Source: Chiloscyllium plagiosum
Lineage: Eukaryota
Assembly (NCBI RefSeq): GCF_004010195.1
Contig: NC_057711.1
Coordinates: forward strand, 53,285,750 to 53,349,749
Length of the DNA: 64,000 nucleotides
Direction of reading: 5' to 3'
Part shown: positions 52,617 through 64,000 of the stretch, piece after piece
Position numbering within the stretch: the first letter of the stretch is position 1
Layout of the letters: the number at the start of each line of letters is the position of its first letter
Made by a program: the position numbers and the translations under genes
Notes under the pieces: model-generated
Database searches by the model: none
What the model was told of the DNA's origin: nothing
The model's input: the letters and a program-made list of their open reading frames with translations, nothing else

Positions 52617-52920
52617 CTGGGACAGCATGGTGCCAGAGACCTGGGTTTGATTCCACCTCAGGTGTGGAGTTTGCACATTCTCCCTGTATCTGCATGGATT
52701 TCCTCTGGGCACTTCAGTTTCCTCCCACAATCCAAAGATGTGCAGGTTAGGTGAATTGGCCATGCTAAATTGTCCACAGAGTCTACAGGGATCTGTAGGT
52801 TGGATGCATTAGTCAGTGGTTAAATGTAGGGGAATGGGTCTGGGTGGGTTACTCTTCAGAGGGTCGGTGTGGACTTGTTGGGCCGAAGGGCCTGTTTCCA
52901 AACTGTAGAGCTTCTACGAT
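52617..52920 (+). mobile_element. HE1-type SINE
   Basis: V-domain gtggagtttgcacattctccc and 3' tail. Confidence 0.85.
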
Positions 52921-53199
52921 GATTGACTTTCTCTCTGCCACTTGTGCAGTGCCCAGGGCATACCTGTGCCAAATGCTCTGACGCCTGTGCCCCCAGCTTA
53001 TTGTAACAGTGAAATGCCTTGGCACAGCTGTGACTGCCTTCCCTCTCCATCCTGTTTATGTATCTGCCTCTTCAGATGGTCAGATTCTGAAGTCTGCCTC
53101 ATCTTTCTGTCCTTTCGAAACATACAGTTCACTTTCAGTGTAAAGTATCTTCCTGGCCCCTTTATTATGTTTTGATTTATCCCCATGCTACCGAATGGC

Positions 53200-54700
53200 A
53201 TTCCTGATTCTGAACTCTTTCTTCCGAACGACCTGCTGCCTCACAAAGTATCTGAAAATGAAAACGTGGAAGAAATGCGTTAGAATATAAGTATGTGAAG
53301 TATTTGAGCGATGCTATTGCTGACTGTAATTTCGAATCTGCTCTTTTTGAGACCTTCATTGGCGAACTTTACAAATAATGTAAAATAAGCAAGGACACCT
53401 GTATTATACATTTCATACCTACAAGATTTGCAGTTTCATAATTTTGACTCAGTGATGCACGATGTTGTGTTAAGTGATGCAGAACAAAGAAAGTCGAGAG
53501 TTCATGCTGGTGAACGTACTGCAAACATTTTTGGTGTAAAACAATCAGGGACTGTAGATCGCCTGTGAAGTCAGGCGAGGACAGAGTGAAGTTCAATATT
53601 TTGTGTACTTTAGGTAAATTCACAGCTAACCACTGGGAAAGGACCAACGACTTCCCTGATACTGCTGTCAATGTTTGAATCACAATAACTAGAAAGGCTG
53701 GCGCTGAATGTAACTCCCAACACCAGGGACTGTGTGTCTGTAGGTTCCAACAACAACAACGAAAATTAAAACAACCGCATCTACATGCCACACGATAGCG
53801 TGAAAGTCAAGATGTGAAACTTGAGATAGCAGACTCTACAGTGTGTAGCTCGTCGATCGACCGACAGCGCCTGGAGGAGGAACAGCTTGCAAGTGCGAAA
53901 GGGGAAGGAAATACAAGTTAAGATGGTCGACAGCAAGCTGTCTTTCTTAAACTGCGAGATTTGCAAAGATGACCACATAAGGAGGAATGGTCTGGTTGTT
54001 CAGGAGGCCCTGTGCTTTTAAAAATGTCCTCAAGAAAAGACTAGATGACATTTCAGCTGGGCCAGTCAAGATGTATTTGTTGCTGTAGTCAGTAGGTGTT
54101 GCAGTACGGGCGCCTTGTTTATATAGCTGCCACTCTGTCTCCAACACAGAGCGGCTGCATTTGCCGAGAAGGATCCGGATTAAGAGCGGAAGGCCCCAGG
54201 CACAGTCATGGAGCCGGGTTCCCAGAGCGGTGAGTACAACCAGGGTCAGTATTCCCTGCCTGTTTGTGACAGCGGCATTGTGTCAATAGGTGGGCACGAA
54301 ATGTTATAAAGTTAGTAGCAACTGTTGGGGGCGAGGAACCCCATGGAAATGTTTGGAAAGGGAGACAAACATTCAGGATCCAGTCGCAAACCCGATTTTG
54401 TGAAATCTGCTTTTGCGTTTCATTTGAGTAACACAAAGCAATTTATTTTGATTCTTGATTCGGATTTGAGTTTGACTCATCTGGTTATTATTTTTCCACC
54501 ATAGGTGGAGTCTGTTTAACGTTCGCATTTCACGTTCTTTCTGGGGACAAGCTGATACACCGAGATAAATCACTCTTCCCACTTTCCGGGCTGGTCCCAA
54601 GCTTTCCCTTACCGTCATCCCACGCTTTTCTTTTCAACGGGATTTTACCTCCCCGCTCGAAAAGAAATGGGGTTCCTTAGAACAGTTGCACACAAGTGCA
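53200..54700. promoter_or_regulatory. CpG-enriched promoter-like region with TATA-like box (TTTATATAG, 54118-54126)
   Basis: Many CpG in non-repeat sequence relative to the CpG-depleted window; TATA-like motif about 85 nt upstream of an ATG and a splice donor. Confidence 0.65.
54208..54229 (+). CDS. LNPEP: Probable first coding exon of the downstream gene, likely LNPEP/IRAP (MEPGSQS + 1 nt)
   Basis: gtcATGG Kozak context, G|gtgagt donor, phase 1; resembles the short MEP- first exon of LNPEP and the ERAP2->LNPEP tandem order; exon 2 not found in window. Confidence 0.55.
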
Positions 54701-54883
54701 GTAAATGTGGGACATAAATCTATTCAGAAAGCCATATAATGTAATCGGTTAATGATCTGCAGACATTAACTGAACGACTTCTTTATGTTACAGCCTTGAA
54801 CTTTTTTAAAAAAAATCTTCCTTTATTGTATATCTGTTATTCCTGGGACGGTTCTTGCTTCTGTGGAGGGTTTCATAAACATG

Positions 54884-55071
54884 AAGGAGAAAGTGAGGAC
54901 TGCAGATGCTGGAGATCAGAGTCGAGAGTGCGGTGCAGGAAAAGTACAGCAGCAGGTCAGGCAGCAGGAGCAGGAGAATTGATGTTTCGGGCGAGAACCC
55001 TTCATCAAAACGTCGATTTTCCTGCTCCTCGATGCTGCCTGACCTGCTGTGCTTTTCCTGCACCTCACTCT
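54884..55071. mobile_element. Fold-back Penelope mini-element
   Basis: 16-bp duplication gggtttcataa(a/g)catg (54868-54883/55072-55087); inverted arms meeting at a truncated hammerhead. Confidence 0.85.
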
Positions 55072-57519
55072 GGGTTTCATAAGCATGTTATTTCCATTGC
55101 TGTTTAAAAGTAACCCCAGTTTCTCGTTTGACATCTCCTTTCTGCCAGCCGATCCGAATCGTAACTGTGATTGACCATTCATGTTGTTAAATATTGTCCA
55201 TTTCTGATATGCTAGTTTTGTCCTGCAGGTCCACATTTATGATAAAAGATAATATAATAGTGGCCACAAAATTATCTTGATAAAATCCCATGGAAAAAAA
55301 TGCAAGTTACAAAGAGTTTGAAGTGGTGGAAGCTATAAAGTCAGTGTGGATATCATCCCAACCAATTGTTCTGTGATTTGAATGACGGAAGGAATAACTC
55401 ACAGTTATACAATATGTAAATATTGCTGAAAATATTGCAACTAAAATGAAGACTTTTGATCTAATCTTTTCACGACAGTAAAACGGTCAATAATGGCATT
55501 AGGAGTTTAATGCAATAATACTTCGTGTGATTTAAGAAAAGCTGGTATTCTAATTAGCAACAGTTCCTTTGACTTGTCAGTCTTTATTCAAAATGATGGT
55601 TTATAGGTAATGATGACATTGTGTTTGGTGGGAGGACAGTTTGCTTGTACTGTTTATTATCATTGATGGGCCGCACCCTCACTATGAAAGCAGCTGTTGT
55701 GCTGATCCAAATCCCAGTGTGTGCTTGGAATATTCCTGTCTAAATGTGGCCATGAATTGTAAGTTTTCACTATAGTTATAGTTTTCATTTTTAAAATTCA
55801 AATTCTTAAAACATTGAATAAGAATTTAAAAGCTTTAATGGCAAATTAATGGAATCCAAAATAAGTAATGCACCTTGGTGTAGGTTCCTGTACCGTACAC
55901 ACTGGTGTAATATTCAGTCTGCTCAGCCAGGCTCCAGCAGTTGTATGATTGACGTGTGAGAAGACGATCTTACTGGAAGCTGAAGGAACACAATCTGGTA
56001 AAATGTTGATCTCCCTTTCTTATCTGGCTCTCCCCTTGCCTTAAATGTATTCCTATTTTTGTCACACTTGCACCTGATTGGCTCCCATTTTATCTCCGTT
56101 CAACAGCAAGCTGAATGTGCATAAACATCAAATGCGAGTGGTGACTAGTGCCACCCTTTCTGCCTAGGACTGAGGACGGACGGAAGCAATGAATCAAACA
56201 TAAAATCTAACAATGACAGAAGCAAATTAGATTAATAAAATTATTGCAAAGCCTAAAATCTTGAAAAACCTATCAGCTCCTGTGTTTTGTTTGTTCTTTC
56301 CATAGTATGTAAACTTCAGGTTTCAACTGCAATAAAAGTGTTCCGTTTAAACAAGATTCACGGTTTTAGCATCATTTAAGCTTGCTGACTTGCATTGTGT
56401 TTCAGTCCAGCTTTTTGTTCAAAATTCTCATTTTGATCCGTCCATGGTCTTGTTCTTTATTTCTGTGTTCTATTTGGAGGTCACTTTGTACCTTAGAAAA
56501 TGTTGATCTGTGCTTTGTGGCTTCGTCTATTACACGCACAAGTGGATGACACGGGTGCAATATTGAGATGATTTTATTTCCAGTTATTTTGGAGTTTTCT
56601 GACTTTGCTATTTGTTTTTTTTTAGGCTTCCTTTCCATGTATGCTGTTACCTATTTGTCAGTATCGTGTTGTCCTTCAGTTTTGTATGCGCAACCGCTAT
56701 ATTTGCATTGTGCATGTGTATGGAAGCAATTTTTGTTTTGTATTTAGGTGAACATTGTATTGTGTATGTTGTTTAACAAACAGATATGGATTTTTTTTTA
56801 ATGGGCAGTATGATTGATTAAGTGTAGAGCATCCCTGGACTTGACATTTAAGCCTAACGTCTTGTCTCCAGCCAGAGAAATGCATTGAGAGGAAAATAAT
56901 TTTGTTTTAGAAACAGTGAATTTAATTTGAATTTGGATAAATTTGGATGTAAATGCTGCAACAAGATGAAAAACCCAACTATCATTGACAACTTGGCTGA
57001 AAAAAAATAAGTGGACATGCATATATATAAATCGAGACCTTGCCCAAGTAAAAACTGATTTGATATTTTGCCATTGTTTTGATTTTTAACATACATATAG
57101 ATTATTGTGCAAATTCTGTTTATTCCTGTTTGCCAGCATTCAAAAATATGGTTGTTTTGAATTAATATTGCTGTCAATGGCGTGTTTTAAAAGCATTTTT
57201 TGGGGGGGAGTGTGCTCTTATGATTAAATAGTGGGAAGGCTGAAGCTGCTGTCTTTAGTCCATGCCACACTTTTTTGCTAACTTCTGGCTCCATGCCTCT
57301 CACTTGCAACTGTCTAAAGCTGCACCAAACAGACCCTTTCAACCTTGATGTTACGTTTAAGCCTGGGTAGGCTTTTGACTATATATCTACATCTTCACTA
57401 AGAATTAAGAATTACCATGCCTACAGGTGTAAATGTCCAAATCCACCACTCTGCAGATGATTGTGGCTATCTTCTGAAAGCCTCATCCAAAGGACTGGAG
57501 GACAGCCAATGCTCGATAA

Positions 57520-57980
57520 CGTTCAAGAGGATGCAAAGAAAATTTAAAGGATGTAGCATGGGCTGGAGAGTTTCATTTATGACGAGAGATTGGATAGACT
57601 GGAGTTGGTTTTCCTCAGAGCCCAGGAGATTGAGAGGGAACATAAATTATGAGGACCTAGATAGGATAAACAGGAAGAAACGTTTCACCATGATTGAGGG
57701 AACAGTGAGGATTTAAGGAAAGGTTTAGAGAAGATGTGAGGAAAACCATTTTCACTCAGAAATTGATGGGAAACTTGCTGCCTGTAGTGGCGGTAGGAGC
57801 AGAAATGTGCATAATAATTAAAAAGTATTTAGATGTGCAGTTTTGATGCCAAGGCATACTAGGCTATAAGCCAAGAGCCAGGAAAATGGAATTAGAATAG
57901 TTAGATGGTTGTTTTTGGCCAGCATAGCACTGATCAGTTGAAGGGTCTTTTTCTGTGCTGTAGAACTCTATCACTGTGAT
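57520..57980 (+). mobile_element. Old CR1 3' fragment
   Basis: aaccattttcactcaga and tail ctgtgctgtagaactctat. Confidence 0.7.
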
Positions 57981-59449
57981 TCATTGTGTTTTTATTACCT
58001 CTAAAGTAGACTATTCCAGCTCATTCTTAGATTAGTCTCCCATCTTCCATCCTTTGTAAAGCTCAGATCATTTTGTATTCTTTTTTGCATGTGTCCTAAT
58101 TTACAGTAAGTCCCACGCACTCATCATACAATGCTATTTGTTGACATTGGTTCCCAGTCAGGCAACACCTTAACTTTAAAACTTTCATCTTGTTTTCAAA
58201 TTTCACCTTCTTCCTCTTTCTCTTTGTAACTTACTCCAGCCTCATAGCCCTCCCTGATGTGTGCTTCTCCAATTTTAATGATTCCACCACTAGTGACTGC
58301 TTTCAGTCTCTCTTGGTTCTAAGATTTTTCTCTTTTTCTCTCCTTTTGTTCTCTTCTCTGCTTTTTGGGTGGCAACTATTCATGATCTTGTCTATCATTC
58401 CTCTAGACACATGCTTTGTTTCCTTTTTTTGGCTTGTCTCACCACTATTCGTGGCCTTGCACCATGAGTCTTTTTATCATTTAACCTCTCTCATACTCCA
58501 CCCTGTTGCAGACTTCCCTTTTTGTTCATTGTGCTCCACCATCCCCATGTTGATTTATACTATATCTCTAATGTTATATTTCTAACATTGCCCAATTCTG
58601 ATGAAAAGTCACAGATTTGGAAACAAAAGCTGTATTTCCCTCCTTAATACTTTAATGTGCTTCTTAAAACCATTTTTATTAGGTTTTTGACCTAACTCTT
58701 CTTTATATGGCTCTGTCATTTTTTTAATAATGCTCCAGTGAAAGCACCTTGGGATATCTGCTACAGCAAGTGTGCTTGATAAATCAAATTTGTTTGGCAG
58801 CTTTAGGAATGCTTTGTTACTTTCCAATTGTGTGAATTACTTGAGAATGCTGCTGGCTGAAAAATCAGTAAATATGCAATATATTGATTAAATGTAAACC
58901 AGCAATATAAACGGAAATAATTATTTGATACAGCATTGATTGTATGCATTTATAAGGCTGTTTTTCATTGATTTCTGCAATGCTTGCAGCCTGGGTTATA
59001 TTTCTGCAATTTAATAAGCCGACCACTTGCACTAGTATTCCATATCCTTCAGCTGTGTGTGATGCATTGCTAATGCAAGTGCATTAGCTTGGTTTCTGAG
59101 CCACTTAATGAATTGAGCACAAAATGTAAGCAAATATTCCTGTTTGCTACAGAGAAAGTCAACATTGTCAAACGGTTCCATCCTTCTAAGTGCAGTTTCA
59201 AGCCATGGCTAAATTTCATGTTTTAGTTTTTTAGATTTCTATTAAGATCCAATGTATGATTTGAATGAGAAATTAGGTTTCCTGACTTTTGTCTCATTTC
59301 TCTCTTTATCCTCATCTCCAAAACCATATTAACGCATCATTTGTTTTATTGCTGCTGGGGGAATTGCTGTGATAAAAATGGCTGCCGTGTCTGTCTGCAA
59401 AATAGCAGGTATCGTATTTTATCGCATACAAAGTGTTTCTTTACATAAA

Positions 59450-60370
59450 CTAGAGTGCGACTGTGGGTGACAGAAGCAGGTGGCCCCATTTAAATTCATA
59501 TGAAAGAGAAGGGAATGTCAGAAATAAAGGATCACTAAGGGACTCATGGTGGAACTTAAGGAACTGAAAGCACCAGGAGAAAAAAATGCAACAGATAAAG
59601 TTTGGGGGATTAATTCCATGACACCCCCCGGATCTTCTGATCTTTTCCCTAACTGTCAAAGAGGTGGTTTCAGAAATAATAGATACACATTATTATTCTG
59701 TAAAATTTCCTAGATTATAGTACAGTTCTTTTGGATTAGTAATTATAAACATGACATCTCGATTGAAGAAAGGAGGGAGGAGAGCAAACTGAGACCTACA
59801 GACCAATTTGCCAATTGGGATATAAGAATAAATAACCTTTCTCTAATTCTATACAGCATTGGTCAGCTCTTACCTTTTGGTGCTATGTGCAGCTTGGTCT
59901 CCATATCTATGAAAGGATGCATTGCCTTGGAGGTAGGACAGTGGAAATTCATGAGGTTGGTTCACTTCATTGGTCTCTTGGGATGGAAGTGTTATCCTGT
60001 GATGGTTGAATAAATCTGAGAAGTTTAAAAACATTAATGGTGATCTTATGAAAACACACAAGATTCTGTGGGATTGGCTTCATGAGAGGCTGTTTCCCTT
60101 GGCTGAGTAGTTTAAAATATTGGGGGCGCACTGACAATTAGTGAATCATTTCATCAGTTAGGACAGCAGTTACAATAAAGGTCGCTTGAATGATTGCAAT
60201 TCTTTGAAATGTTGACCTCAAAGATTGTGATGCTCCAATTTAACATGCACAATAATGAGATCATTACGTTTTTGATCATTTCAGGAATTAAGGAAAGTGG
60301 CAAGTGGGCAGGAAAATGGAATTGAGACATAGGATCAGCCACAATCACAATTAAAATCAGGACAGGCACA
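59450..60370. mobile_element. Highly degenerate CR1 fragments
   Basis: Remnants of KKG..YRPI and RT C-terminal motifs. Confidence 0.55.
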
Positions 60371-60381
60371 TGTGATCTTAT

Positions 60382-60696
60382 ATTAGATTAGATTACATTA
60401 CAGTGTGGAAACAGGCCCTTCGGCCCAACAAGTCCACACTGACCCGCCGAAGCGAAACCCACCCATACCCCTACATTTACCCCTTAACTAACACTACGGG
60501 CAATTTAGCATGGCCAATTCACCTGACCCTGCACATCTTTGGACTGTGGGAGGAAACCGGAGCACCCGGAGGGAACCCACGCAGACACGGGGAGAACGTG
60601 CAAACTCCACACAGTCAGTCGCCTGAGGCGGGAATTGAACCCGGGTCTCAGGCGCTGTGAGGCAGCAGTGCTAACCACTGTGCCACCGTGCCGCCC
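60382..60696 (-). mobile_element. Full-length, young HE1-type tRNA V-SINE
   Basis: Reverse strand gggcggcacggtggcacagtgg (A box), ggttcaattccc (B box), CpGs preserved, (aatct)n tail. Confidence 0.92.
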
Positions 60697-60859
60697 ACGC
60701 TCTCTATTCTTAGAGAGAGAAATGGGGCAGATGTAGGGGAAAAGGTAATTACAAAAAAAAATCTGGAATTGATCATGAATACTGACTTGACAATTTGGAC
60801 ACAGTTACCCCTTTCTTAGCTGTGCAATTCTAAGGCCAGCAGCAAGACTAAAAGGTCTT

Positions 60860-62010
60860 GGTAACTATAGGCCGGTGAGTCTCACTTCTGTTGTGGGCAA
60901 AATCTTAGAGAGAATTGTAAGGGATAGGATTTATGAACATCTGGATAGGAATAATGTGATCAAGGATAGTCAGCATGGTTTTGTGAAGGGCAGGTAGTGC
61001 CTCACAAACCTTATTGAATTCTTGGAGAAGGTGACTAAGGANNNNNNNNNNNNNNNNNNNNNNNNNNNNNNNNNNNNNNNNNNNNNNNNNNNNNNNNNNN
61101 NNNNNNNNNNNNNNNNNNNNNNNNNNNNNNNNNNNNNNNNNNNNNNNNNNNNNNNNNNNNNNNNNNNNNNNNNNNNNNNNNNNNNNNNNNNNNNNNNNNN
61201 NNNNNNNNNNNNNNNNNNNNNNNNNNNNNNNNNNNNNNNNNNNNNNNNNNNNNNNNNNNNNNNNNNNNNNNNNNNNNNNNNNNNNNNNNNNNNNNNNNNN
61301 NNNNNNNNNNNNNNNNNNNNNNNNNNNNNNNNNNNNNNNNNNNNNNNNNNNNNNNNNNNNNNNNNNNNNNNNNNNNNNNNNNNNNNNNNNNNNNNNNNNN
61401 NNNNNNNNNNNNNNNNNNNNNNNNNNNNNNNNNNNNNNNNNNNNNNNNNNNNNNNNNNNNNNNNNNNNNNNNNNNNNNNNNNNNNNNNNNNNNNNNNNNN
61501 NNNNNNNNNNNNNNNNNNNNNNNNNNNNNNNNNNNNNNNNNNNNNNNNNNNNNNNNNNNNNNNNNNNNNNNNNNNNNNNNNNNNNNNNNNNNNNNNNNNN
61601 NNNNNNNNNNNNNNNNNNNNNNNNNNNNNNNNNNNNNNNNNNNNNNNNNNNNNNNNNNNNNNNNNNNNNNNNNNNNNNNNNNNNNNNNNNNNNNNNNNNN
61701 NNNNNNNNNNNNNNNNNNNNNNNNNNNNNNNNNNNNNNNNNNNNNNNNNNNNNNNNNNNNNNNNNNNNNNNNNNNNNNNNNNNNNNNNNNNNNNNNNNNN
61801 NNNNNNNNNNNNNNNNNNNNNNNNNNNNNNNNNNNNNNNNNNNNNNNNNNNNNNNNNNNNNNNNNNNNNNNNNNNNNNNNNNNNNNNNNNNNNNNNNGGT
61901 ATATGGAGGATAGTGGGCTAGTGTAGGTTAGGTGGGCTTGGATCGGCGCAACATCGAGGGCCGAAGGGCCTGTACTGCGCTGTATTCTTCTATGTTCTAT
62001 GTTCTATGTT
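60860..62010 (+). mobile_element. Young 5'-truncated CR1 (same family as 29842-32874), with N gap 61042-61897
   Basis: NYRPVSLTSVVGKILE; 3' end nearly identical to the reverse complement of 29842-29955. Confidence 0.92.
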
Positions 62011-62403
62011 AAATGTGACCGTGTCACAATTTGAGTACTCAAAATTTTAGCTTCAAAATAAATTAACCCACCATTGTCTTTTCACCTCTCAGATATTGTA
62101 TGCAGTATTAATTTCATCACTATATTATGCAGATTTTATTTTAAACCTCCAATATCCATTTTCAAACACTGCATTGATGATCCTCTCTTCCTGTCCTTTG
62201 ATACCTCCGTCATTGTAGCATAAATTAGGTAGTACATAATCTCAGCTGGACAGACAGAATTTACTTTCTGAATTGTAATCATTAAAATATGTTGGGTGAA
62301 TGTCAGATGGTTAAAGTGCTTAGTCCCATGGAGGAAATTTAGAGACTCTGCCAGATCTCAGACAAAAATCTCCAGACCCCACATTGCAGCCCCATTAACA
62401 CAA

Positions 62404-62601
62404 TATGGAGATGCCGGTGTTGGACTAGGGTGTACAAAGTTAAAAATCACACCAACACCAGGTTACAGTCCAACAAGTTTAATTGGAAGCAAGAGCTTTT
62501 GGAGCGCTGCTCCTTCATCACAACCACCTGAAGAAGGAGTAGCGCTCTGAAAGCTAGTGTTTCCAATTAAACCTGTTGGACTATAACCTGATGTTGTGTG
62601 A
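62404..62601. mobile_element. Fold-back Penelope mini-element
   Basis: 12-bp duplication ccattaacacaa (62392-62403/62602-62613); about 73-bp inverted arms. Confidence 0.88.
62525..62559 (+). ncRNA. Minimal hammerhead ribozyme, core intact; predicted cut after 62556
   Basis: CAC CTGAAGA A GGAGT AGC GCTCT GAA AGCT A GTG. Confidence 0.72.
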
Positions 62602-63639
62602 CCATTAACACAAATCATTTTTGTTCTTAACCAACAACCAAAAAATTTGCTAGCTGTAGCTTTCTAAATCCTCAGATCTGAAAAGGGACTTTGCATTATC
62701 TAGCACATGACTTTCTGGTCGTTTCATTATGCAGGAATGCCTGCAATGCTCACCTATAAAGTAGATCTTTTCAAGCAATCATAAATCCTATTTTTACAGC
62801 CAGTTTGCTGGACATCTATGGGCTGCTTCATTTGTGCTGTGTTTGAGGCTGCAGGTACTGAAAGGTAACTTCTTGTCACTGTGCTTTGGATCCTAACAAC
62901 AATCAGTTGCAAACAAGGTATTGAATTGTGCACAACGTAAGGCAGCTGAAAGTCAGTATGACATTTGGGACTTGTAACTATACACCACATGACATTTTCA
63001 CCAGGCTGGCGTTCATCCAGCTCAAGGATTCATCACTCTTGCCAAGCTTTATTGTTCAATTTGTCTTCTGTCTCAAGTTGCATGACAAGGCTAAAGGAGT
63101 AAATAGAAAGGTTAGTTCACAGTTAGACACAACACTTCTTTTACAGATGTACTTTGGGGATATACTTATAACTTTATGAAGCACGTAGTGGAAAGCCAAT
63201 TTTTCTTGCAGAGAAGCTCAGTGTTTTTGAATTCAAATTAAACATTTAGGATGAATAATCAGATCATATTGGAGCCCCTGAGCTTTGTTTAAAACACTGG
63301 TGGAAATTTGCAACCCCAACAGGATTCCTCCAATGGAGTTCACTCAAAATGACTTGTTGTAATTAATTTAGAATATCAGAGCTTGGAGGAACAAGTATTT
63401 TTATTTACAGATCAAAGGATAATGCCTTTGTTCCAAGACTGCTCAAGAACTGAGTCTCCCTTCAAGGTCGACTGTGCCTTGGGGAGAAAGTTCCAGAACA
63501 AAGACCAGTGTCATGATTTGAGATGTTTCTTTGTTTTATAAAGAGAGAAAAGATTTGTGTTGTGTTATCTTGGCAGAAGCTTCAGACTGCTTATAATGAG
63601 CTAACTAGGTAAATGGTTAGTGATTACAAAGATAGGATG

Positions 63640-64000
63640 AAAAACTTTTACAAGTGGCCCAATAGAAATACAGAAGTTGAGAAGTTATGTTGCAGTTGTA
63701 CAGGATGTTGGTGAGGCCACACTTGAAGTATTGTGCTCAGTTTAGGTCACCTTGCTACAGGAAGGATGTTATTAAACTGGAAAGGTTGCAGAAGATATTG
63801 ACAAGGATGTTGTGAGGACTCAACAGTCTGAGATATAGGGAGAGGTTGGACAAGCTAGGACATATTTCTTTAGAGCATAGGAGACTGAGGGGAGATTTTA
63901 TATAAGATCAAGAGAGGCGTGGATAGGGTAAATGCACTCAGTCTTTTTTCCCAGGGTTGGGAAATTGATGCCTAGAGGGCATCAGTTGAAGGTGAGAGAG
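63640..64000 (+). mobile_element. CR1 3' RT fragment running off the window
   Basis: LQLYRMLVRPHLKYCAQF-like translation. Confidence 0.85.

Noticed and set aside
55900-56005. Possible alternative first exon ending atctg|gtaaaa
   Set aside because: Its ATG is followed by a stop after 4 codons and the donor is weak; unsupported
58190-58585. 131-aa hydrophobic ORF resembling a membrane protein
   Set aside because: By-product of a T/C-rich decayed repeat; non-ATG start, no splice context or family motifs
60625-60696. tRNA-like sequence with A/B boxes
   Set aside because: Head of an HE1-type SINE continuing into the SINE body, not a tRNA gene
14640-61921. Long ORFs containing X runs (14640-15443, 30233-31498, 30399-31349, 61022-61921)
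   Set aside because: Artefacts of translating through N gaps

Overview
Eukaryotic vertebrate genomic DNA, most likely a shark/elasmobranch (inferred from HE1-type V-SINEs, DeuSINEs, abundant CR1 LINEs and Penelope elements). The backbone is the 3' part of an ER aminopeptidase gene (M1 family, ERAP2-like). It has 15 GT-AG exons on the + strand, 8339-42164, totalling 2043 nt (680 aa + stop), equivalent to human ERAP2 exons 5-19, with GAMEN, HELAH-x18-E and the catalytic Tyr intact. About 12 kb downstream, a CpG-rich region with a TATA-like box and a 22-nt phase-1 coding first exon (MEPGSQS) looks like the start of the neighbouring LNPEP/IRAP gene. Introns and the intergenic region are full of CR1/L2 LINE pieces, SINEs, a Tc1/pogo MITE and a Gmr1-like Gypsy relic, and there are three N gaps. 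The most striking non-obvious signal is a set of short Penelope-derived elements, often fold-back and flanked by 12-16 bp target duplications. They carry minimal hammerhead ribozymes (CUGANGA / helix II / GAA-palindrome-H) with covarying helix II stems, and three copies have intact cores. Other points of interest are an in-frame stop-free intron, a duplicated poison splice donor, an ERAP1/ERAP2 mosaic active site and a locally templated 32-nt insertion. All calls were made by eye, without database searches.
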